NCBI GenBank assembly: GCA_036479435.1
Contig: JAZGFI010000080.1
Coordinates: 1 to 15,145 of the forward strand
Reading direction: 5' to 3'
Length of the DNA stretch: 15,145 nucleotides
Source of the DNA: Planctomycetota bacterium
GTDB taxonomy: Bacteria; Planctomycetota; GCA-002687715; DRQF01
Shown in pieces: positions 6,931 to 13,994 of this stretch. The notes below the pieces were generated by a model. The model did not search any database. It worked only from the letters and a program-made list of their open reading frames with translations, and was not told where the DNA came from. Position 1 is the first letter of the stretch; the number at the start of each line of letters is the position of its first letter. The position numbers and the translations under genes are program-made.

Positions 6931-9870
6931 ATGACGACAGATCGAACCAAAGCCGCTCTCTGCGGCACATACTCGCTACTGGCATGGGCCCTTGCGGGCC
7001 TGATGGCGAGCCTCGCCCCCGCCCAATCCAGCGAACTCGGAGCCATCGCGCCCAAAAACTGCTGGTACGTCAAAGGCGGTTGTGCCGCTCGCACCGGCGC
7101 GACTTTGACCAAAGCGGTGAAGGGACCGCTAGTGGAGTCTTGGACTTTTCCCAGCGAGGGCACCATCGAAGGCGAGCCCCTAGTTTGGAATGACCTCGTC
7201 GTTATCTGTGAGAAAGTCAATGACAATAAGCGCGTCCTCAAGATCATCGATCTCGACGACGGCCGACGCCTTGCGACCAAGTCCTTCAAGACAAGCCTAC
7301 CCTTAGCACCGTCTATTTGGAACCGCCGCTTGCTCTTGAGAACTCAGGCCCGAACCCTTGAGTTGTTTCGAATTAACTCAAGAAGCGTCTCTTCAATTTG
7401 GCGCTACAAGAACGCCGATGCCGATTTCATGGAACCACTTTTGGTTCAAAACGAAGTTTACGTCGCCACCGCAAGCTCCCTCTTGCGTTTGGACGTCGGT
7501 CAGCGAAAACCTACATGGCGGCAACGCATGACGATTCGCGGAGCTCCTTGCCGCCGCGGCGACTGGCTTTACTTCATTCGCTACTCAGGGGACAACGTTT
7601 CGCTTGTCGTGATCGACCACCTCACGGGAAAAACCGCGTCGAGCGCACACGCGGGCCCTCAAAATGGAGTGCCCAAACCCGCGACGATGCGCTCGGTACA
7701 CGCCGGTGAGAAGTACGTCTTTGCACTTTTTGGCCACACTTTGAATGTACGTCCCCTTAGTTATGGCGCCCCGCTCAAATCGCATCAATTGCCCAACGCC
7801 TCTATGGCCAGGCGCGGGTTGCCCCGGCCCTTTAGCGTTTCAGACTTAGGGCTTCACCGTTACAACGCTGCGCCCGTAATGAGGGGCGACAAGGTTGTTG
7901 TCCGCACGCTCGATAACAAGCACCAGGAATTGTGGGGCCAGCTTTCCGACGATTCTTCTTATCGAGTGCTCGCCACCAAGGATGCTTTCTCCGAGCTTCT
8001 CAAGGCTCAACAGCCTGCCACCATCGCCGACAATATGGGCATCATCAATGGCTGCGCCTTCGACCTTTCGTCCAACAAGGTCTTTTGGCGACTTCCCGTG
8101 GAACAAGGGAGCCGCATCATCCCCACCCGCAACGGCTACTTGAGTGTCCGTGACAAACGCAAAACCTTGGTGGCATGGACGGCGAAAACGAAAGTTGCGA
8201 ACAAAGGCGAATGGACGCGCTCGAAAGAAGCTGTCGACCTGGCTAAAGCACTTGTCATGTTGCGCGGGGGTCACGTGGAAAACGGCAGCTTCAGTTTTGA
8301 TCCCGCAAAAAGGAGCGTCGAACAAACCAAACCTGCGCGCAACAAAGGGACGCGGAGCCTCGCGTCCATCGCCTACATCGAAGACCGCACTGGCCAGCCC
8401 GAATACTGGGCCCATCCGGATGCGCTCGAAGAGGCCATGGTGGCGCTTTTCCACCACCTCGTGGCCAAAAGCTATCACGCCCTCGCGAGAAAACCCCTGT
8501 CAACGAACGATCCGACTCTCATTCGCAGGTTATTGAATGAAGCAACGGCGCGCGGAAGCGACGGTAGCGGCATAGCGAAGATCGTTAAGCAACTCACGAG
8601 GATGGAGTCACGCCAGCCAAAAGTGAAGGCCAAGTCTGTGGCAAAGATCCTCGCTGAGGAATCAGCCCTTAGTGCCAAGGCTCTGAAGGCTATTTGGAAG
8701 CGTGACGCCAAGCTGCCGAAAGAGGTCTCAACGCGAGCTCGCAATGCCCTCTTACGAGCGGTCTTGAAGTTAGATCCCGAGAATGCAGAGGTTCGCAAGC
8801 GAGCCATCGCACAGATGCCTAAGCAGATTATCGTCAAGGCCAGCACCAAGATCGCACGGGTTCTCGACTTCGCCGATGCCGCCTTAGAGTTCCCCTTCAA
8901 GTTTGTAGAGCTTCCAGAACCCAACGAGGTACATCCTTCGTTTGCTTCGCGCGAATACTTCACCGTACTGCACCAATGGAAGCCCAAAAACCCTAAGAAC
9001 ATCATCGCCATTCAGAGCCAACGGCTTTTGGTTATCGGTCCGGCGGACGCTCCCGGTCGGCTCATCAAGTGTGTCGAGACCGGAGAGTTTGTCTGCGAAG
9101 TCTTGGAGAAGATGTTTTCGAAGGACGAAAATAAGCGGGGCACGCGCAATCCTCTGCTACTCATCGTTCATGCCGACAAGAAAGAATACCTCGCCAACAG
9201 TCGCGGCGGCAGTCACCTGGGTTGGACCGCCGGCCACTACTCGCCTTTCGATCGCAAGTCTCGACTGTTCATCGAAGACAAAGAAGGAGCCTTCGAACGG
9301 AACTTGAGTACTTTTGCCCACGAGTTGACGCACCATTGGATCGACGTGCGCTGTCCCTACTTCAAAAACGGTCACCCCGCCACGAGACAAGCGACTCCGG
9401 GCTATTGGATTGTCGAGGGCTTCGCGTCACTGATCGGAGAAGCAAGGATCGATCCCCGGCGAAAGATATTCGAACCCATCCACGGCTCAAACGCGAGTAC
9501 CGATGTTGTCTCAAACGCGACCGAAAAGCAGTCCATACCCTGGAGAAACCTGCTGGCCTACGGCCAAGGGCACTTTTCGCAGCTGCCCAAGGGACCTCAT
9601 CCAGCATTGCTCATCCATACCAACCAGACCTTGGGGCTTAGGTTCTCGATGAGCCCCACTGGTTTGTTTTACCAGCAAGCCACCGCCCTATCGCGCTACC
9701 TTTTCGCCGCCGAAGACGGCAAGTACCGCCAAAAACTCCTCCACTACCTCGCGGACTACGAAGGGGGCGTCAAAGGCAAGGCCATGAATTTTGAGAATGT
9801 CTTCGGATTCAGCCCGGAGGAAGCTGGAAATAGAGCGCGGGCCTTCGCCAAGAAACTCGCCGGCAAATGA
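6931..9870 (+). CDS. Secreted multidomain protein: N-terminal PQQ/BamB-like beta-propeller plus C-terminal HExxH zinc-metallopeptidase-like (DUF1570/peptidase MA-like) domain (~979 aa)
   Basis: Signal peptide MTTDRTKAALCGTYSLLAWALAGLMASLAPA|Q. WYVKGGCAARTG leader and Trp-docking blade motifs (WTFPSEGTIEGEPLVWNDLVVI, WRYKNADADFMEPLLVQNEVYV, WRQRMTIRGAPCRRGDWLYF). C-terminal AGHYSP...FAHELTHHW (9319-9333)...PGYWIVEGFAS...FYQQATALSRYLF. Start could also be ATG 6901. Confidence 0.75.
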   Translation: MTTDRTKAALCGTYSLLAWALAGLMASLAPAQSSELGAIAPKNCWYVKGGCAARTGATLTKAVKGPLVESWTFPSEGTIEGEPLVWNDLVVICEKVNDNKRVLKIIDLDDGRRLATKSFKTSLPLAPSIWNRRLLLRTQARTLELFRINSRSVSSIWRYKNADADFMEPLLVQNEVYVATASSLLRLDVGQRKPTWRQRMTIRGAPCRRGDWLYFIRYSGDNVSLVVIDHLTGKTASSAHAGPQNGVPKPATMRSVHAGEKYVFALFGHTLNVRPLSYGAPLKSHQLPNASMARRGLPRPFSVSDLGLHRYNAAPVMRGDKVVVRTLDNKHQELWGQLSDDSSYRVLATKDAFSELLKAQQPATIADNMGIINGCAFDLSSNKVFWRLPVEQGSRIIPTRNGYLSVRDKRKTLVAWTAKTKVANKGEWTRSKEAVDLAKALVMLRGGHVENGSFSFDPAKRSVEQTKPARNKGTRSLASIAYIEDRTGQPEYWAHPDALEEAMVALFHHLVAKSYHALARKPLSTNDPTLIRRLLNEATARGSDGSGIAKIVKQLTRMESRQPKVKAKSVAKILAEESALSAKALKAIWKRDAKLPKEVSTRARNALLRAVLKLDPENAEVRKRAIAQMPKQIIVKASTKIARVLDFADAALEFPFKFVELPEPNEVHPSFASREYFTVLHQWKPKNPKNIIAIQSQRLLVIGPADAPGRLIKCVETGEFVCEVLEKMFSKDENKRGTRNPLLLIVHADKKEYLANSRGGSHLGWTAGHYSPFDRKSRLFIEDKEGAFERNLSTFAHELTHHWIDVRCPYFKNGHPATRQATPGYWIVEGFASLIGEARIDPRRKIFEPIHGSNASTDVVSNATEKQSIPWRNLLAYGQGHFSQLPKGPHPALLIHTNQTLGLRFSMSPTGLFYQQATALSRYLFAAEDGKYRQKLLHYLADYEGGVKGKAMNFENVFGFSPEEAGNRARAFAKKLAGK

Positions 9871-9907
9871 GCCGGGTTGAGACGACTCGGCACATGGCCC
9901 AAACCGC

Positions 9908-10084
9908 CTATTCGGACCTGTTAAGAAATTCTCGCAGAGCGTTGAGCAAGCACGCGAGATCCGCGACGTCACCGGCGGCGCCGGGGCCGGGGCCGCCGTG
10001 CAAGACCACCATAGGCCTTCGGCTCGACACCTCGCCGTAACGCCGCACCGCCACTTTGCCAAAAGACTGGTTGGCCTCAGTCAT
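9908..10084 (-). pseudogene. Truncated N-terminal fragment of an alpha/beta-fold hydrolase (proline iminopeptidase-like HGGPG motif), 58 aa
   Basis: Good RBS (GAGGGAG) before ATG 10084. The translation MTEANQSFGKVAVRRYGEVSSRRPMVVLHGGPGPGAAGDVADLA matches the start of alpha/beta hydrolases (strand beta2, then beta3-HGGPG oxyanion loop), then stops at TAG 9910-9908. There is no room for the catalytic core before the convergent gene ending at 9870. Confidence 0.6.
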
Positions 10085-10264
10085 GACTCTCCCTCGTATT
10101 TCAATCTGAGGCAACTGCTGTCTTCGACGGCGTTTCTGGCTTCACATGATCGAAACGGCCACGGAATGCGTGTGGCTATTGAGCGCCATACGGCCGGCAT
10201 CGCAACCAAGCGCGTGCCGGCGAAGAGAACTCTCTTCAGGCGTTCTTCATTCAGGAGAAGTACC

Positions 10265-11524
10265 ATGCATTCGACCACCAACCACTCTCTCGTTTTTGTT
10301 GCCATAGCACTGCTGGCCAGCGTTGGCTTCGGGCAAGCGACCTACGTTTACGATGTCACAAGCTTCGGAGCTTTTGAGCAGCACTACCTCGATTCTGCCG
10401 CCTATCCCGATGGAACGCCATCGCCGGTGGGGCTGTACCCGGCACCCTCGGCGGGTGCGCTCGGCCTGGCCGTTTTTCCGCTAGGCGCGATGGCCAGTGA
10501 CGATACCACGACCACCATCTACTCGACGGACGGCTTCGCGATGGCCATGGATCTCAACTTCAGCTACGTCCCCTTTGTGGCTCCTGGCCCGCCCACGCCC
10601 CTCGCTCCCATCGTGCTGCCGCCGTTTTGGGCGGGAATTTCCGGTCTCGCCGTGGACAGTGTTGGCGGCGTTCTGTGGGCTGGCGATCCCTTCGGATCTT
10701 TCGCGCCCTATCCGCTCGTACCGCCCTTTGTGCCCTTGGCCGCGCCCATCCTCATCCCCTCACCTGCGGTGGGCGTCGTTCCGATGGTAGGCCTTGGTTA
10801 TGAGAGCTCGACCGGGACCCTGTGGTCGGTCGACGCTGGCGGTGCCGTCTTCAACTTCACTATCGCTGGTGTTCCCGTCGGACCGCAACCCGTAGTGGTC
10901 ATTCCCTCCGCCGTTGGCTTCCTCTTTAACGGTATCACCGTCAACACCACGAACGGACCGGGGGCCCTCGGTGCCCCGCCCTGCTCAGCGCAAACTGGAT
11001 CACAACACGTTGTCATCACCGATGGGGTCTTCATTTACGATGCCGTGCCGGGAATTGCCCCGCCCATGCCCATCTTAGGGGGCTCTGGGCTGGGAACCGT
11101 GGGCCTCGCCTACAGCTCCGATCCGCAAATCCTTCCCGGTTTTGCGGGTTGCCCCACGACGGGTGCCGGACCCATGGTCGCTGGCTCCACGATGCCGAAC
11201 TACAACGGACCAGGCGCCTTCAACGGCCTGACCCTCACCGGCGCTCCGCCACTGTCGACCGTCGTCTTGGTCGCCGACCTTTGCCCGATTCCCGGCGGTG
11301 CCTTGCTTGGGTCTGGCGAAACTCTGTGGATCAGTCCCTTGTCGCCGACCTTCGCTATCGGTGGAGCCTTGACCGACGCTGCGGGTACGGCAGTCTTCCC
11401 CCTCTCTTGGGTTCCCGTACCGGCCGGACTGCAGTTCAGTTGTCAGTTTGCTGCACCCGATCCTGCAGCTCCGCTCGGCGTCTGCTTGTCGGATGCCATC
11501 ACCGTCACGGTGGGTTTGCCCTAA
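10265..11524 (+). CDS. Secreted Pro/Gly-rich hypothetical protein with beta-propeller-like repeats and a C-terminal beta-rich module (419 aa)
   Basis: AGGAG RBS at 10253-10257, ATG 10265, signal peptide MHSTTNHSLVFVAIALLASVGFG|Q. Recurring blade-like motif: LGAMASDDTTTTIYSTDG, ISGLAVDSVGGVLWAGDP, MVGLGYESSTGTLWSVDA, FNGITVN, TVGLAYS. Followed by a terminator. Confidence 0.85.
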   Translation: MHSTTNHSLVFVAIALLASVGFGQATYVYDVTSFGAFEQHYLDSAAYPDGTPSPVGLYPAPSAGALGLAVFPLGAMASDDTTTTIYSTDGFAMAMDLNFSYVPFVAPGPPTPLAPIVLPPFWAGISGLAVDSVGGVLWAGDPFGSFAPYPLVPPFVPLAAPILIPSPAVGVVPMVGLGYESSTGTLWSVDAGGAVFNFTIAGVPVGPQPVVVIPSAVGFLFNGITVNTTNGPGALGAPPCSAQTGSQHVVITDGVFIYDAVPGIAPPMPILGGSGLGTVGLAYSSDPQILPGFAGCPTTGAGPMVAGSTMPNYNGPGAFNGLTLTGAPPLSTVVLVADLCPIPGGALLGSGETLWISPLSPTFAIGGALTDAAGTAVFPLSWVPVPAGLQFSCQFAAPDPAAPLGVCLSDAITVTVGLP

Positions 11525-11561
11525 GACAAGTCCTTAGTTCGCAACTCAATCACTAGCAATC

Positions 11562-11596
11562 GAGGCCGCCTTCATTGAAGGCGGTCTTCTTCTTGT
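11562..11596 (+). terminator. Rho-independent terminator
   Basis: GAGGCCGCCTTC-ATT-GAAGGCGGTCTT hairpin followed by CTTCTTGT, 37 nt after the TAA stop at 11524. Confidence 0.8.
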
Positions 11597-11887
11597 CCTG
11601 GCGGCAACGCGCAAACTTTCTCTTTGTTGATCGGCCTCGTGGCGATCTGTAAGATCAACCCTGACGCGCTCGGAGTCCTAGGCGGGGCTCAGGGGATTTC
11701 TTCGACTGACACTCATCAATCCCAGAAATTCAGCGGCGATTCACCCAGCCCAACTTACTTGCCTCGGTCAGCAAAGGCCGACTTGAGGAAGATCGGTACC
11801 ACAATTCCGATCTCCGACTAAACCGGAGACTTGCCGTCGTGTACCTGCCGGCGCGGCGACCAAGTCAGTTTGACTAGGAGAACTCTT

Positions 11888-13168
11888 TTGAAGTACATCA
11901 TGTTGGCGATCTTTATTGCAACGATCGTTGCGGCACCAGCAGGGGCCCAAGCTTTGCAGACCAACGGGGCGACTCACGCGCTACAATTTGACGCAGCGGC
12001 TGCGACCGCAATCGGATCAGCAGTTCCGGTAACACTGCGGACCTTCACGGGTACGCCAGTGACCATCAACATCCAAGGCGGCACGGATGCGGGCGGCAAC
12101 GCGGCGCAGCCCTTGGTCTTGCTCTATTCAGCTTCCAACACGGCCGGCACGACGATTTCGCCGGAGGCGTTTTTTGGTGGCGGTGTACGGCTGGACCTCG
12201 TCGATATCGGCAACGTCGGCTACCAAGACCAGATCATCGTAAATGGGTTCAGTGATCCCGCTTTCGGATCAACCGACAGCAACGGGCTCTACTCGTTGAC
12301 GGTTGCCCTGCCCACTTGTGAGCAGGACCCCTTGGCCGAGATTTGCACGACCCAAGCCTTCAGCGAGATCTCGGTGCAGGCCGTGGTGGTTGACGCCACC
12401 AATCCGCCTTTCAGTCTCGAATCGACCGGCGCGGGGACCTTGGAGGTCGTCGACGGGTTCGAAGAACTCCCGCTTGTTCCTTCCATGAACGAGCAGTTCT
12501 CGAACATTGCCTTTCGAGATGGTTTCACCTTCAACTTCTACGGCACGACCTACACCGACGCCTTCGTTTCTGAAAACGGCTACATTCAGTTCGGAAGCGC
12601 AAGCCAACTCAGCACTTTTCCGAATCTCATCGTGGCGAGTGTCTTGGGTGCGCCGCCACGCATCATGTGCTTTTTTGATGACTTGGTTGTGGCGCCGTCA
12701 GGCGGCGCTTCACCGAGAATCTACGCCGAGCATTTCATCGAGAACGGCGATCGAAAGGTCAAGTTCGTGTTCGAGAATCTTCAAGAGTTCGCTGATCAGA
12801 CTGGCCCCCACGGAGGCCAAATCACGCTTGTCGAAAGTGGTGAGATTGCGATTCTCGTGGACGGGAGCAACGCCTTTCCGGACCTCAACACGATGGTGGG
12901 TATTTCGTCGGGGATGGCGCTATCCGTCCAGACCGGTCCCGGCTTCTCCCTCGACACCGGCCGCGACCTAAGCGCGGGGATCGGTATGGGCCAGAGTTTC
13001 GGTGCCGGACGTTCTGTTTTCGAATTGTTCGATCACGGATCTTTCATCTCCGTTACGAATCCTCTCGACCTGATCGGACTCGACACCGGTAACGCGGTAG
13101 GACCGGGCTTCGCACTCATACCCGACCCGTCGCTGATCCCACCAACCTCGGGCTACATCATTCAGTGA
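11888..13168 (+). CDS. Secreted acidic hypothetical protein with a C-terminal nidogen/NIDO-like domain (426 aa)
   Basis: AGGAG RBS at 11876-11880, 7 nt before in-frame TTG 11888, gives signal peptide MKYIMLAIFIATIVAAPAGA|Q (ATG 11900 is the alternative). GFTFNFYGTTYTDAFVSENGYIQFG...PPRIMCFFDDL matches the F-x-F-x-FYG..Y....V..NG.I.F / I..FW.DL pattern of NIDO-like bacterial surface proteins. Confidence 0.82.
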   Translation: MKYIMLAIFIATIVAAPAGAQALQTNGATHALQFDAAAATAIGSAVPVTLRTFTGTPVTINIQGGTDAGGNAAQPLVLLYSASNTAGTTISPEAFFGGGVRLDLVDIGNVGYQDQIIVNGFSDPAFGSTDSNGLYSLTVALPTCEQDPLAEICTTQAFSEISVQAVVVDATNPPFSLESTGAGTLEVVDGFEELPLVPSMNEQFSNIAFRDGFTFNFYGTTYTDAFVSENGYIQFGSASQLSTFPNLIVASVLGAPPRIMCFFDDLVVAPSGGASPRIYAEHFIENGDRKVKFVFENLQEFADQTGPHGGQITLVESGEIAILVDGSNAFPDLNTMVGISSGMALSVQTGPGFSLDTGRDLSAGIGMGQSFGAGRSVFELFDHGSFISVTNPLDLIGLDTGNAVGPGFALIPDPSLIPPTSGYIIQ

Positions 13169-13227
13169 GCGCTCTTAAAGGGTCAGTCGTTTTCCTCCCG
13201 GTTAACGCTGCCTGACACGACAACGAC

Positions 13228-13273
13228 AAAACCGCAGCGTCGCAGCAACGCGACCCTGCGGCTTTCTTGTTTT
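13228..13273. terminator. Probable bidirectional rho-independent terminator between convergent genes
   Basis: AAAA-CCGCAGCGTCGC-AGCAAC-GCGACCCTGCGG-CTTTCTTGTTTT: 12-bp stem with one mismatch, an A run before and a T-rich run after. Confidence 0.7.
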
Positions 13274-13291
13274 CCGTCGAAGCGACCTACC

Positions 13292-13645
13292 TCAGTTGAC
13301 GTGATGAGTGCCCTGGGGATAGTCATCAGAAAGGAAGTCGCCGCGACCCTTAAAGGTGGCGAAGTGCCCCTCATGCTGGGGCTTCGTTTTGTGCTGGACT
13401 TCGTGGCCAAAAGGCGGTGCTACCGAGTGATCCTTGCTGTGGATCATTTTGGCATCGTGGTGAGCCCCCTCGATTGTCCAGCGCATCGATTCCAGTACCC
13501 CGTCACTCGACCGCGGCTCCATCGACAACCCATCTTCACGCATCATGGCGTCGCGCTCGGCCGCCGGATCGTACTGCATCTGACAAGCAGACAGCCCTCC
13601 CATTAGGCAAAGCAACACCAAGCACCTCGTCAGTCGGCAATCCAT
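13292..13645 (-). CDS. Small His/Met-rich lipoprotein of unknown function (117 aa)
   Basis: GGAG RBS before ATG 13645. MDCRLTRCLVLLCLMGG-LSA|C gives a canonical lipobox. Ten His in the C-terminal half. Ends just before the terminator hairpin. Confidence 0.75.
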   Translation of the reverse strand: MDCRLTRCLVLLCLMGGLSACQMQYDPAAERDAMMREDGLSMEPRSSDGVLESMRWTIEGAHHDAKMIHSKDHSVAPPFGHEVQHKTKPQHEGHFATFKGRGDFLSDDYPQGTHHVN

Positions 13646-13684
13646 CGGGTCTCCAATCATCAAAACGGTTCGGTTTCAGCCGAA

Positions 13685-13712
13685 AGTGTACCCAAATCTG
13701 ACACGCAGTCGA
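13685..13712 (-). promoter_or_regulatory. Possible sigma70-type promoter for the lipoprotein gene
   Basis: The minus strand reads TCGACT-16 nt-TACACT (4/6 and 4/6 consensus), 40 nt upstream of ATG 13645. Confidence 0.3.
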
Positions 13713-13994
13713 AATTCGCCTCTAGGCCGGTCCGGCAACGACCCCGGCACCAGGGGAACTTGCAGCCCTCTTAATTGATGAAATCTCGAAGTTCAATGTC
13801 AAGTTTTCATCAAATGGCGGCTCTTTCAAAAGGCATTAGGTGTGCAGTTTGATGCCGCATCGATCGCAGGGTCAAATCTAGACGCCTCGTCGGTGCGGCT
13901 CTCACAGCGGTGCAGGGGCAAGGTTTTTCGAAGCCAACAAGGGCCGAGTGATTGTCATGAGAACCAGGCTGAAGCGCCATCAAGCCGCAGGAGG

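Noticed and set aside
9871..9891. Hairpin GCCGGGTTG-AGA-CGACTCGGC right after the 979-aa gene
   Set aside because: No U tract and a 3-nt loop, so it is not called as a terminator, although it may stabilise the 3' end.
9998..10264. 89-aa N-terminal extension of the 508-aa ORF
   Set aside because: Its Arg/His-rich composition is unlike the rest of the protein and it overlaps the hydrolase remnant. A strong RBS and signal peptide place the start at 10265.
13755..13813. FNR box (TTGAT-N4-ATCAA) or sigmaE promoter (GGAACTT)
   Set aside because: The TTGAT and ATCAA half-sites are 29 bp apart rather than 4, and no matching -10 follows GGAACTT.
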